Assembly (NCBI GenBank): GCA_965215265.1
Contig: OZ244048.1
Span: 1,568,001 to 1,632,000 of the forward strand
DNA: 64,000 nt
From: Candidatus Poribacteria bacterium
GTDB taxonomy: Bacteria; Poribacteria; WGA-4E; WGA-3G
Reading direction: 5' to 3'
Under the pieces are notes generated by a model. It saw only the letters and a list, made by a program, of their open reading frames with translations, was not told the origin of the DNA and did not search any database. Numbering within the stretch: the stretch's first letter is position 1; each line of letters opens with the position of its first letter. The translations under genes and the position numbers were made by a program. Of this stretch, positions 41,032 through 51,133 are shown piece after piece.

Positions 41032-42402
41032 TCAAACTAATAAAAGATAGGGATGCTGAATGGCCTCAGAAACCGTCTGAAGGAACTGCGCGGCGGGTGC
41101 CCCATCTACAATCCGGTGGTCGAACGTCAGGCTCAGTGTCAACATACTGCGAATAGCAATCTCATCGTTGTGGACAACCGGCTTTTTGAGAATCCGGCCG
41201 ATGCCGAGGATCGCACATTCCGGTGGATTGATAATAGGCGTGAACGCATCAACCCCAAAGTTACCAAGGTTCGTAATGGTAAAGGTGCCTCCCTGCAGTT
41301 CACCGGGGGTGAGTTGATTGTTTCTCGATTTTTCTACAAAAGTCTTTATCTGCTGAGAGATTTCGGATAGTCGTTGCCGGTCGGCGTTGGGTATGACCGG
41401 CACGAGCAAGCCGTCTTCAACGGCTACAGCAACCCCGATGTTAATTTCCGTTAAAAGTTGAATTCCATCATCAGTGAGCGTTGCGTTGAGTCGTGGATGC
41501 TCACGCAACGCACTTGCAACCACTTTTACCAGCAGCTCGGTATAGGTAAGGGTGATGTCTCCATCTTGTAGTTTGTGGTTAAGAAGGCTGCGTAATTCTA
41601 CGAATTCTGTCGCATCAACTTCGGTATGGAGTGTGACGTTCGCGTTCGTTTGCAGGCTCATCGTCATCCGTTCGGCGATAATTTCACGCATGCCGTGCAT
41701 CGGGATGACTCTCGCAGGTTCGGTTGGCACAGTTGGTTGTGGCAGGACGGGGGGTTCAACTGCAGCATCTTTTGCTCTGAGCACATCATCCCGGACAATT
41801 CTGCCATCAGGTCCTGAACCTATAATTTCACTGAGCTTGAGTCCATGCTCTTTTGCCAATCTGCGTGCCAAAGGTGATGCTTTCAGCCGCGTGGATTCAC
41901 TGAAGAACGGCTCCTGCAACTCTATGTAACGTTGCACATCGCTTTCAAGGATGCGGTTACCGGGTCCGGAGGCAGTGACATCTTCTAACTCAATAGAGAG
42001 TTTTTCTGCGAGTTGACGGGCAGCAGGTGATGCTTTCCTCCTGTCAGCCTGTGTCTTTTGGGACACTTGTGGAGGAAGAGAAGCAGTTTCCGGGGAAGCC
42101 TCAGGGACAGCGGGCGTTTCTATTTGAACAGCCTCCTCCATTTCAATGCGTGCGACAACTTCTCCCGGTGCTGCAATAATGGCTAATACAGCATTGACAG
42201 GCACCTCGCTCCCTTCCGCAGCGACGAGCTGCGCGATAACGCCATCCGCTGGAGATTCTTGCTCATGCACGACTTTATCCGTTTCAATTTCCAGCAACGG
42301 CTGCCCCTCTGTCACGGTGTCGCCTTCACTAACGAGCCATTTCCCGATTTTCCCTTTCGTCATCGTCTGATCCATCTGAAGCATTCGGAGTTCAACAGCC
42401 AT
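41032..42402 (-). CDS. 2-oxoacid dehydrogenase E2 (dihydrolipoamide acyltransferase) with two E3-binding domains
   Basis: IETDK lipoyl motif, two KASP repeats, DHRIVDG. Confidence 0.93.
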   Translation of the reverse strand: MAVELRMLQMDQTMTKGKIGKWLVSEGDTVTEGQPLLEIETDKVVHEQESPADGVIAQLVAAEGSEVPVNAVLAIIAAPGEVVARIEMEEAVQIETPAVPEASPETASLPPQVSQKTQADRRKASPAARQLAEKLSIELEDVTASGPGNRILESDVQRYIELQEPFFSESTRLKASPLARRLAKEHGLKLSEIIGSGPDGRIVRDDVLRAKDAAVEPPVLPQPTVPTEPARVIPMHGMREIIAERMTMSLQTNANVTLHTEVDATEFVELRSLLNHKLQDGDITLTYTELLVKVVASALREHPRLNATLTDDGIQLLTEINIGVAVAVEDGLLVPVIPNADRQRLSEISQQIKTFVEKSRNNQLTPGELQGGTFTITNLGNFGVDAFTPIINPPECAILGIGRILKKPVVHNDEIAIRSMLTLSLTFDHRIVDGAPAAQFLQTVSEAIQHPYLLLV

Positions 42403-42441
42403 CTTTGTGATACGGGCTTGCAAGCTTCGCCCTAAATTCTC

Positions 42442-42777
42442 CTATTCTTTTTTTTTATGTTCATATTCTTCAATGCACTCTATCAGCAGCTCGACATTCT
42501 CATCTTTTTCGAGGATAAGCGCCAATTTGTGGTATTGCTCAGCCTTGAAAAATGCCCGTACAAATGGACTAAATGCAATCAGCAATTGGCAGCCCAAAAA
42601 GTTGAGTGGCTTGCCAGTCTCTAAGAAAAGAATGGCAGGCACCGTTAAGTTCCGTTTGACAATCCAGCGCGCCAATTTTTCCAAGAGGTTGCGCTGCTCA
42701 GATTCAGAGATATCTTCAAGGATACGTGGAATTTCCGGAGGTGTATTGAACATCAATATGTTTGCCGTAAATAACAT
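42442..42777 (-). CDS. Conserved hypothetical protein
   Basis: PAILFLE..KPL.F...Q pattern; start uncertain. Confidence 0.65.
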   Translation of the reverse strand: MLFTANILMFNTPPEIPRILEDISESEQRNLLEKLARWIVKRNLTVPAILFLETGKPLNFLGCQLLIAFSPFVRAFFKAEQYHKLALILEKDENVELLIECIEEYEHKKKE

Positions 42778-42801
42778 TGAGATAGCCCGGTAATCGTTCA
42801 G

Positions 42802-42905
42802 TTTTTTGTATCTCTCCGTACCATCAACGTCTATGTAATGATAGCTCGTGTGTAAATCTCGTCGGAGCCGTTCGATGTTTTGACTCTAAATATCACCGTC
42901 CTCCC
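42802..42905 (-). mobile_element. Family-1 truncated copy
   Basis: Near-identical to the copies at 21880 and 22008. Confidence 0.88.
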
Positions 42906-42959
42906 AGCTGCTCAAGAGTCCTCATCAACCCGTGTAAAACCGATCAAGTTAATAGGGTA

Positions 42960-44000
42960 TTAGAGCGACAAATCGCTGAGGTAATCGTTTATCAGCTTGG
43001 GTTGTCCGTCAAGCGTAGTCTCCATAGCAGCGATTACAAGGACGAAGCTCTTAATATTATCCTCAATCCGTGTATCAGAAGGTTCTCCTCCATCAAGCCA
43101 TTTCAGAAATTCATCAAACAGGTGCTGATGTGCATGATAAGGTATGGCGGGTGCCTCGTAGACTTCAGTTTGGCTGCCGGCGCGGTGGAGAGTCATCTGG
43201 TTTCCGCCGGCGATTTCAACTGCCCCTTCTTCAAATTCAGCGCGGTAGTGTTCCTGATTCCAGCAGTTGATGATGCCTGCGGAAGAGCTGTTCCCCTCAT
43301 AAGAGGTATGGACACCGTTATCCATCCGCATAACATAGAAACCGCTGGAGTAGTGTTGAAAGCTGGACCATTCTGGATTCCACCCGAACCCAATGAGCGT
43401 TTCACAATCGCCTCCGGAGAGGAAACGCAACATGTCCAAGTGATGAACGGAACCTTCAAAGAGCAGTCCAAAATCCATATCGTGTCGCCATGCTTTCCCC
43501 CAGGAGAGGTAGCGGCGATAATCGCAGGCGTAACGTCCGACAATATGCTGGAGTCGTCCGAGTCGTCCTTCATCTCGAATGCGAATCAGTTCCTGTTTAT
43601 TATCTGCATAACGATAATTTTGGATGATAGCACAGGGCAGTCCGGTTTTTTGTGCGGTGCGCACCATTGCCTTGGCGGCCTCCAGCGTGTCCGCAATCGG
43701 CTTTTCACAGATAACCGGCATTCCATTTTCCATCGCTGCAATGGCAGCCGGGCTGTGGAATTGCGGTGGCACAGCGATGCCACAGAAGTCTGCTTTTACG
43801 GTTGCACACGCCTCGTTAAAGTCTGTGAACAGTTGTGACTTGCTCAGTCCTAACGCTTCTCCTTGGGTTGACAACACGTCTGTATTCACATCCGCCAACC
43901 CGATAATTCTGATCCGGTCGCTGAAATTCTGCGTAAAATTTGCTATCCAGCCACCCGCCATACCGCTACCACCAATCATCAAACATGTTTTCTTTGCCAT
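42960..44000 (-). CDS. Gfo/Idh/MocA oxidoreductase
   Basis: GGSGMA, CEKP, SVHHLD; AGGAG before the ATG at 44000. Confidence 0.9.
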   Translation of the reverse strand: MAKKTCLMIGGSGMAGGWIANFTQNFSDRIRIIGLADVNTDVLSTQGEALGLSKSQLFTDFNEACATVKADFCGIAVPPQFHSPAAIAAMENGMPVICEKPIADTLEAAKAMVRTAQKTGLPCAIIQNYRYADNKQELIRIRDEGRLGRLQHIVGRYACDYRRYLSWGKAWRHDMDFGLLFEGSVHHLDMLRFLSGGDCETLIGFGWNPEWSSFQHYSSGFYVMRMDNGVHTSYEGNSSSAGIINCWNQEHYRAEFEEGAVEIAGGNQMTLHRAGSQTEVYEAPAIPYHAHQHLFDEFLKWLDGGEPSDTRIEDNIKSFVLVIAAMETTLDGQPKLINDYLSDLSL

Positions 44001-44028
44001 AGTTTCTCCTATAAAAAGTATATTCGTA

Positions 44029-44340
44029 TTTTTTGTATATCTCCGTACCATCACCGCGTATGTAATGATCACTCGTGTGTAAATTTCGCCAGTGGCAGGA
44101 TAGGTAATCTTTTCTCATGGACAGAAAAAGAATACCTTTTACCTGCCACCCACTGGGAGCCATTCTAGGTTATGATTCTTCAATCACTTTCGTCAAGCAG
44201 CCAGATGCCACTAATCGATTCTGGATCTATTAGTGCAGCACCACAACGCCTGATGTGATGTTAACCCGTAAACAAAACTCGTCGCCCGCCCACCCAAATC
44301 CTTTGATGTTTAGAATCAATACATAAGAAACCTCTGGTTG
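44029..44340 (-). mobile_element. Family-1/family-2 composite, 43-bp LamG fragment and a second degenerate family-1 copy
   Basis: 44029-44190 matches 27171-27337; 44231-44337 resembles 23904-24000. Confidence 0.75.
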
Positions 44341-44371
44341 GATCAAAAGGTGCCTACAATGGGCTCCTATC

Positions 44372-44890
44372 CTATAAAATTGAACGTGCATTTCGCATCA
44401 GCTTGCTGCGCAAAATGTAATCGTCTTTTCCGCGTCTAACCCGTTCCAGTTCATCCTCAGTAACATCACGTCGAACTTTCGCCGGAACTCCCATTGCTAC
44501 GGTGCCGGGTGGAATTTCTTGTCCTTCGCGCACAAGCGTTCCAGCTGCAACGACTGCGCGCTCGCCAATCGTAGCACCTGTTAGCAGGATCGCCCCCATG
44601 CCGATAAGGGCTTCGTTGCCGATCTTGCAACTGTGGAGTATAGCACCGTGCCCAATGGTAACATCATCGCCGATAACACACGGAAGCTCCTTATCCATGT
44701 GAACAACAGTTCCATCTTGAATATTAGTACGACATCCAATGCAGATGGGTTCTAAATCACCTCTGAGGACGGTGTTAAACCAGATGCTTGATTGAGAGCC
44801 AATCGTTACCTTCCCAATAATCATCGCCCCTGGGGCGATAAAAACTGAGTGATGAACGTCTGGCGTTTTTCCTTCATATTCTATCAACAT
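44372..44890 (-). CDS. Gamma carbonic anhydrase family protein
   Basis: LRGD, TNIQD, IGHGAILH hexapeptide repeats. Confidence 0.9.
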   Translation of the reverse strand: MLIEYEGKTPDVHHSVFIAPGAMIIGKVTIGSQSSIWFNTVLRGDLEPICIGCRTNIQDGTVVHMDKELPCVIGDDVTIGHGAILHSCKIGNEALIGMGAILLTGATIGERAVVAAGTLVREGQEIPPGTVAMGVPAKVRRDVTEDELERVRRGKDDYILRSKLMRNARSIL

Positions 44891-44935
44891 ATTTTTGGTC
44901 TTGCATTTTCTTTCATTGTTATTTTGGCGTATCCG

Positions 44936-45030
44936 TTTTTTCGTATATCTCCGTACGATCAACGCTTGTGTAATAATAACTCGTGTGTAAATCTCGTCAG
45001 ACCCGCTCTAGGTATAGTCTTTAAAAATCA
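44936..45030 (-). mobile_element. Family-1 truncated copy
   Basis: TTTTTTCGTATATCTCCGTAC...GTCTTTAAAAATC. Confidence 0.85.
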
Positions 45031-45088
45031 AACAGCTTAGGTTTACAAGTTGTGCGTTCAAGCTGTCTACGGAGAGCAAGCGTCGCCT

Positions 45089-46780
45089 CTAAGATTGGGC
45101 GGCCAAGAGTTTCCGTAGATTCCGTATACCTATTTTGTAAAACAGAGCGAGTCCTCCAGCGATGCACACACTCACTACTCCAAGCCAAGCAACTTCTCCA
45201 ATGTGCAAAGTTATCATCGGCCCGCTTATCAGCACCAGATCTGCGAGAATCGTGAGCATGAAAGTTAAAGCACGTAATAGTGGCTGGGATCTAGCACGGA
45301 AATTCAATTCTGCCATCCAGGGCAGCGTGCCAATGGCGGTGTTCAAAGCACAAACCGCCGATAGGCTTAAAACAGGCGTTAATAGGAACGGTAGCCAGGC
45401 ATTTACCGGAATTTGGAGTAGATTCAAAGCAATTAGCGTCCAAAATTCAGTGTAAATGAACGCACAGAGCAACCCTGTCAGGAATTTACTCGTGTACGCC
45501 AATTCAGGTGTAACTGGAGTCACTTTCAACATCCACCAGGTTTTTGCCTCATCGTAAAACCCGCGGCAACTCAACCTGAAAGTGATGAGGATACTGTAAA
45601 TCATTATCTGCACACTAAGCGTGAGGGCATCGTTCACATCTTCAACGCTGCCTCGCGCAAGTAAGACACCGATATGGACTATTAAAAAGAGCGTCAGCAT
45701 AACGATGCCGATTATTCCGCCCCTATGCCTAATGAAAACCGTAAAGTCTTTTAACATCATTGCTCGTACGCGTTGAAGGAAAGTTCCACGCGCGAATGAA
45801 AAAAGCCCGGTAGTACGGGTAACACGTTTCACTGTGCGATGCCACACGCGCTTTGATTGCAAGCACAAGATATTTTCCCAGCCTTTTGGATAAATCTTTA
45901 TCGCTAGGAGCACTGTGAGACAAACAGACATGAAACTGCCGGCAATAAGAAGAGCCCCGTACTGCATCCGTGCACCTGCCGATTCATCTATCCAACTGAA
46001 CATCAGTCGCCCGAGCCATTGATGCGGATACCATGCAGTCCCTAACAGTTCTGCCTCTACGCCTACATTTCTGGTCGAAGCCCACTTCAAAAAGAACTGC
46101 TTTATCTGCAGTAGGTCGAATCCAACTTCGAAGTTGGGCACTAAAAGCATGAATCCCACTAAGAATCCGACGGCTACGCTTACTGCAGTAGCGAGCATCT
46201 TGAGTGTAGAAAGCAGCTGGCCGGATGAAAAGAATCGTGCTATCACCATCATGCAGATCGTCACATAACTCGCAATCAGAAGGAGTAAGCAAAAGCATGC
46301 CGGAACCAGCGTCACGTAAAAATGCCACGGGAGTTCGAATATTTGCCCGAGTGCGACCCACGGAGGTCCCAACAAGCAGAGCAGAGTCAGGAAACGGGTT
46401 CCAGTCATCTGAACGAACTTAACTCCGAAAATCACGACCTGCGGTATCGGTAGGGAACGTAATAGGACACTGTCTGCGGCTTCATAAAGCACATTCAGAG
46501 AAGTCTCCATCAACTCTTTGGCAACGATGACAGATCCAAATAGTATAAACCCGTTAATCACAGTGAACACTAGGGCAGGTGGGGCTTCGTCCATGCGTAA
46601 GGATGCGAAAATTTCGTTTCCTAACACCGATAGCACAAGGATGAAAATCAGGTAACCGATTGCCTTCAGAAAGTATTTACGCTGTGGTTGATGTTTAAGT
46701 TCATTTAGCCATCCTTGCCAACTTGCCTTGAGTAAAATTTTTGTTTGGTCAATTTTTGTATCTCTCCGTACCGTCATCAC
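45089..46780 (-). CDS. Putative ABC transporter permease
   Basis: Multiple TM segments, LLRSLPI, KD....R; downstream of an ABC ATPase; the predicted start lies inside a repeat. Confidence 0.7.
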   Translation of the reverse strand: MMTVRRDTKIDQTKILLKASWQGWLNELKHQPQRKYFLKAIGYLIFILVLSVLGNEIFASLRMDEAPPALVFTVINGFILFGSVIVAKELMETSLNVLYEAADSVLLRSLPIPQVVIFGVKFVQMTGTRFLTLLCLLGPPWVALGQIFELPWHFYVTLVPACFCLLLLIASYVTICMMVIARFFSSGQLLSTLKMLATAVSVAVGFLVGFMLLVPNFEVGFDLLQIKQFFLKWASTRNVGVEAELLGTAWYPHQWLGRLMFSWIDESAGARMQYGALLIAGSFMSVCLTVLLAIKIYPKGWENILCLQSKRVWHRTVKRVTRTTGLFSFARGTFLQRVRAMMLKDFTVFIRHRGGIIGIVMLTLFLIVHIGVLLARGSVEDVNDALTLSVQIMIYSILITFRLSCRGFYDEAKTWWMLKVTPVTPELAYTSKFLTGLLCAFIYTEFWTLIALNLLQIPVNAWLPFLLTPVLSLSAVCALNTAIGTLPWMAELNFRARSQPLLRALTFMLTILADLVLISGPMITLHIGEVAWLGVVSVCIAGGLALFYKIGIRNLRKLLAAQS

Positions 46781-46975
46781 TTATGTCGCGATGTCTTATA
46801 TGTAAATCTCGTTTTTTCGTATCTCTCCGTACCATCAATGTCTATGTAATGATAGCTCGTGTGTAAATCTCGTTTTTTCGTATCTCTCCGTACCATCAAC
46901 GTCTATGTAATGATAGCTCGTGTGTAAATCTCGTCAGAACCGTTTGATGTATTGTATTGACTCTAAACATCACCT
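46752..46975 (-). mobile_element. Three stacked family-1 units (~60, ~61, ~103 bp)
   Basis: Three GTATCTCTCCGTACC motifs; the first two units end at AAATCTCG. Confidence 0.9.
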
Positions 46976-46992
46976 TAAGCAGATGCGTCCTT

Positions 46993-47757
46993 TCATGCAT
47001 GACTACCTGGATGCTCTGTCAGATCAAAGAAGATATCCTCAAGTGTAGATATCTGTTCACGAGTGTCTGAGGCATGAATTCTACAAGCCTGTTTCTGCCG
47101 CAGTTCAGTTAAGGTTCCCAGGGCAATGAGTTTTCCTTGACTAATAATTCCGACGCGATTGCAGAGGCGTTCAGCGATGTCGAGAATGTGCGTTGTTAGA
47201 AACACAGTGCATCCTTCTTCACACTGTTCGCGTAGGATTTCACGAACAATGCGTGCACTTCTCGGATCCAGTCCACTTGTCGGTTCATCAAGGAAAAGGA
47301 TACGCGGGTGATGTACCAGGACTGAAATCAAGAGAATCTTCTTCTGCATCCCGTACGAATACCCTTTAATTAAATCATCTGCTGCATCGGTGAGTTCGAA
47401 TTGTTCAAGCAATTGCTCCATCTCATTTTCAGCTTGATGCGGTCCTATCTTATACAGATCGGCAATAAGTCGGACGAATTGCCTGCCCGTTAGGGCTTCA
47501 TAGAGTTGCGGTGTATCGGGCATGAGCCCTACAATTGATTTCGCTTGTAAGCTCTGGGTTTGAATATCATAGCCACCGAGTACTGCGGCACCAGATGTTG
47601 GGCGGAGGAGTCCTGTTAACATATTGATTGTGGTTGTTTTCCCTGCACCATTTGGACCGAGGAATCCGAAGATTTCGCCGGGGTCAACCTGCAGTGTCAA
47701 ACTATCCACAGCACACAATTTACCGAAGTACTTCGTGAGGTTGATTGTTTGAATCAT
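46993..47757 (-). CDS. ABC transporter ATP-binding protein
   Basis: GPNGAGKTT, YSYGM, LDEPTSGLD. Confidence 0.93.
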   Translation of the reverse strand: MIQTINLTKYFGKLCAVDSLTLQVDPGEIFGFLGPNGAGKTTTINMLTGLLRPTSGAAVLGGYDIQTQSLQAKSIVGLMPDTPQLYEALTGRQFVRLIADLYKIGPHQAENEMEQLLEQFELTDAADDLIKGYSYGMQKKILLISVLVHHPRILFLDEPTSGLDPRSARIVREILREQCEEGCTVFLTTHILDIAERLCNRVGIISQGKLIALGTLTELRQKQACRIHASDTREQISTLEDIFFDLTEHPGSHA

Positions 47758-47786
47758 CGGTTTTCCGTTCAGCATACCGCAAAACC

Positions 47787-48524
47787 CTAGTTTCCCAAGA
47801 TATCTTTTTTGAGTTCTGCAAGTGCGTCATCTAGATTTTTCGTATCCTGAGTTTTCGGTTTTTCGGTTTTATGCAAGGCTGTGTCTTGCTCGGGGTTCTG
47901 TTTTTCGGCTTTGCATCGGCAATCCGCGGATCTTGATATTTCATTCATATATTCTGCCGTTTCAGCTCTCGCTTCCAACTTTTCCACTATCTGCTCCATT
48001 TTCTCCAAAACGGTACTTGCGTTCTCTTTGCTGAATCCGGACAACACGTCATAAAATCGCGTCCGTGTATCTGCTTGTTTTTGACGGTAGTCGAGAGATT
48101 CTGCCCGGTCTACCATGCTTTGGAATTCGTGATAAAATTCGCGGAGTGCCATTTTGAGCTGTTCTACTGTCTCTGTATGTGCTGCGATTCGTTGCTGTAG
48201 GCGAGTTGCGCGGTTTTGACATATTCGCTTTTGCCGTAATGCCCTATGTGCTGCCTCAAGTTTTCCCTGTCGGAAAGCTATATCTGTCTTTTCTCGCCAT
48301 TCGCGTTCAGCCACCAGTGCATTTTGATAGTTTCTTTTTAGTTCTTCTTCTTTCGCCATTGCGCTGGCAGCGAGGTCTTTTGCAACGGAAAGCCGCTTTT
48401 TCATATTAACGAGAGTTTCATCCAAAACAGATAAAGACCCGTCCTGTGCTGCCAAAAACTTATCTATGTTTTCTTGCAATCTTTCTGCCACTTTCCGAAG
48501 TCGTTTCATTTTGATATTCTCCAT
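47787..48524 (-). CDS. PspA/IM30-like coiled-coil protein
   Basis: Coiled coil, W..K...A...G....A..AL, ends LAELKK. Confidence 0.7.
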   Translation of the reverse strand: MENIKMKRLRKVAERLQENIDKFLAAQDGSLSVLDETLVNMKKRLSVAKDLAASAMAKEEELKRNYQNALVAEREWREKTDIAFRQGKLEAAHRALRQKRICQNRATRLQQRIAAHTETVEQLKMALREFYHEFQSMVDRAESLDYRQKQADTRTRFYDVLSGFSKENASTVLEKMEQIVEKLEARAETAEYMNEISRSADCRCKAEKQNPEQDTALHKTEKPKTQDTKNLDDALAELKKDILGN

Positions 48525-48773
48525 ATTTTTATTTTAGATAATTTTCCGAATAAGAATTCACCCCGCCCTGCGGGGAGAAAGTTCTTAACGGCGGTTTCAT
48601 TTTGAGGATCCTTGTATTTTTATTATACCGAATTTTCGAATTAGAATCAAGCGGATTTCAAGTTTCTGCAATCGGTTCGGTACACATGCAGCGGTTATGA
48701 CGGAATTATAGCAGTGTACCGATAATTTATTCAAATTTAGGGAGGCTGTGGATATATTTGGGCAAATTTCCCC

Positions 48774-48802
48774 TTGACTCGATTAAATTTTTCGTGTAGA
48801 AT
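48774..48802 (+). promoter_or_regulatory. sigma70-type promoter
   Basis: TTGACT-17 bp-TAGAAT. Confidence 0.55.
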
Positions 48803-48929
48803 TTAAAGAGTAGTTCTTCTGTAGTTGCCTGACTTCAAAACCGTTGTATTCGGCAACAACAGAAAATGTTATGTGACGGAAAGATTTACCGCTGTATAGC
48901 GACTTGTGCCTTAGCACCGCGCGGGAAAC

Positions 48930-50732
48930 TTGATGAAAATTCTGAATCTGAATCGAAAGCTCAGAAGTGCGAGGCGCCTCCCTGAGATTCTCAGTGTTTT
49001 CGCGAGACACGGTTTCGGCCATATTATCTCGCAAATTTTGAACCGAGGACGGACAACCCGTTTCAGCCTGACAAGGGGGCTGGCACGGAAAGTAAAGGAA
49101 GACATCGATCCTTACGAACGGAAGTGGTGGGATTTTAGGCGTAGCAAAAAAGCCGCATCGGATGCATCGAGCGGTGCCGGTACTTCGGGGCTATTATCGG
49201 TTCCAGAACGGATGCGACTGGCATTTGAAGAGTTAGGGCCGACCTTTGTTAAATTGGGGCAGATCCTTAGCACACGAGTAGATCTACTCTCTGAAATTGT
49301 TGGTCAGGAAGAGGCGTTGGAGTGGATTACCGAACTCAGGAAGTTGCAACAGCACACTCAGCCTTTCCCGTTTTCAGCCGTACGCAAGACGATTGAACAA
49401 GAATTCCAAAAACCACTTGAGGAGGTGTTTCTGACATTTGAGAAGCAGCCCTTCGCAGCAGCTTCTATCGCTCAAGTTCACTATGCGACGTTGTCTTCAC
49501 AATACGGGCAGGAACCTGTCGTGGTAAAAGTTCAACGGCCTCGTGTGGCTTCGCTCATTCAGACAGATCTCAACCTGTTGATGGAATTAGCTGAAAGGCT
49601 TGAGAGACACAGTCCAGAGAGCCATCTTTTCAAACCAACAGAATTGGTGCGTGAATTCTCACGTTCTCTTCGGAAAGAAATTGATTTTACGATGGAAGCC
49701 GCCAATACGGATACTTTCTACCACACCTTTGCAACATCAAAGCAGGTGAAGATTCCTAAAGTCTATTGGGAATTTACGAATCGCCGTGTTTTGACATTGG
49801 AACGGATTGACGGCATCTCCATCGACGAAATCGAGCAATTAGAGGAGCAGGGATTCGATCGGGCTCAACTTGCTGAAACAGTTGTCGAACTGTTTTATGC
49901 ACAGGTGCTCAATAATGGACTCTTCCACGCTGACCCGCATCCGGGGAACGTCTTTGTCTTAGAAGATGGACGGATTGGATTGGTGGATTTTGGCATGGTC
50001 GGTAGAATAAGTGGTGACATGTCCCGGCATATTTGTACCTGGTTTGGTGCAGTGTTAACTCGTGATGTAGATACTGTTGTTAGATGTTACATCCGGATGG
50101 GCATTCTCGACGATGAAACAGACGTTGCCTCGTTGAAATTAGAGATGAACGATTTTCTGGAACGCTACCTCAACATGCCTGCAGACCGGCACCGCATTGG
50201 CGACATGATTCATGAAGTTTTTCATGCATCTTTACGCCATCAAATTCATGTACCACCAGCGTTTCTCATGTTGAGCAAAACCGTTGCAACCGTTGAATCC
50301 GTTGTCATGAAACTCGCTCCCAATTTCAATATTGTGAAATTCAGTCAACCGTACGTCGCGCAGTTTCTATTCCAAAATTGGAGTAGTGACCGGTGGGCGC
50401 GGCAGTTCTCGGATTCAGTGGAAGATTTCACGGAGTTGGCACGCGATATGCCGCTCCAACTTCATCAAATCCTGCAAAAATTACAGCGCGGGACGCTCAA
50501 ATTTGGTCTGGATCTTCTCAGTTTAGAAGTGGTGCTTAAGGCTTTCGACCGGGGTATCAATCGCATCGCGTTCAGTTTGATTATCGCTTCACTCATTATC
50601 GGTTCATCGTTTATCCTACAAAATGTGACACTTTGGGAGTGGAAATTTTTCCTCGGAATTATGGGTTATGTGACAGCGACGTTCTTTGGATTCGGGTTAG
50701 TAATTTCGATTTTACGTTCGGGACGATTTTAG
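48930..50732 (+). CDS. AarF/UbiB/ABC1 kinase family protein
   Basis: LGPTFVKLGQ, AASIAQVH, VKVQRP, FHADPHPGN, DFG. Confidence 0.92.
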   Translation: MMKILNLNRKLRSARRLPEILSVFARHGFGHIISQILNRGRTTRFSLTRGLARKVKEDIDPYERKWWDFRRSKKAASDASSGAGTSGLLSVPERMRLAFEELGPTFVKLGQILSTRVDLLSEIVGQEEALEWITELRKLQQHTQPFPFSAVRKTIEQEFQKPLEEVFLTFEKQPFAAASIAQVHYATLSSQYGQEPVVVKVQRPRVASLIQTDLNLLMELAERLERHSPESHLFKPTELVREFSRSLRKEIDFTMEAANTDTFYHTFATSKQVKIPKVYWEFTNRRVLTLERIDGISIDEIEQLEEQGFDRAQLAETVVELFYAQVLNNGLFHADPHPGNVFVLEDGRIGLVDFGMVGRISGDMSRHICTWFGAVLTRDVDTVVRCYIRMGILDDETDVASLKLEMNDFLERYLNMPADRHRIGDMIHEVFHASLRHQIHVPPAFLMLSKTVATVESVVMKLAPNFNIVKFSQPYVAQFLFQNWSSDRWARQFSDSVEDFTELARDMPLQLHQILQKLQRGTLKFGLDLLSLEVVLKAFDRGINRIAFSLIIASLIIGSSFILQNVTLWEWKFFLGIMGYVTATFFGFGLVISILRSGRF

Positions 50733-50771
50733 GATTTTTTGTATTGGTGTTAGATTGAGAATTGCCTGATT

Positions 50772-51126
50772 TTGGCAGGATAGGTATTCTTTGTCTGTCC
50801 ATGAGACAAGAAACCTTTTCCTGCCAATCTATAGATCTGATAGAATTATGCCGTGTTAAATAGTGCAGTCAACCATGTACTGCAATTCACGTCCGTTCGC
50901 GGACTGTAGTTTTTAATGCTACGCCAATCAATACGGAATCGTTTTCTCAATAGATACATCACGCCATTGTTAGGTAAAAACAAAAAAAAGTGGCAGGTTC
51001 GGTATTCTTGTCTCTCCTGCAAGGAGAGACAAAGTGGCGAGATAGGTATTCTTTCTCTGTCCATGAGAGAAGATAACCTTTTACTCGCCACCCACTGGGA
51101 TAACCTTTTCCTGCCACCCACTGGGG
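50772..51126. repeat. Cluster of family-2 repeats
   Basis: GGCAGGATAGGTATTCTTT..., CCTGCCACCCACTGGG (50772-50838 and 50990-51126). Confidence 0.8.
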
Positions 51127-51133
51127 ATCTATT

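Noticed and set aside
43002-43838. 278-aa plus-strand ORF
   Set aside because: Antisense shadow of the oxidoreductase with no recognisable motifs.
10774-46780. Short ORFs and N-terminal extensions containing ISPYHQR, VYLRTIN, VRRYTK or RDLHTS
   Set aside because: They are translations of the repeat in different frames; starts of the 6885, 44072 and 44962 ORFs were moved accordingly.
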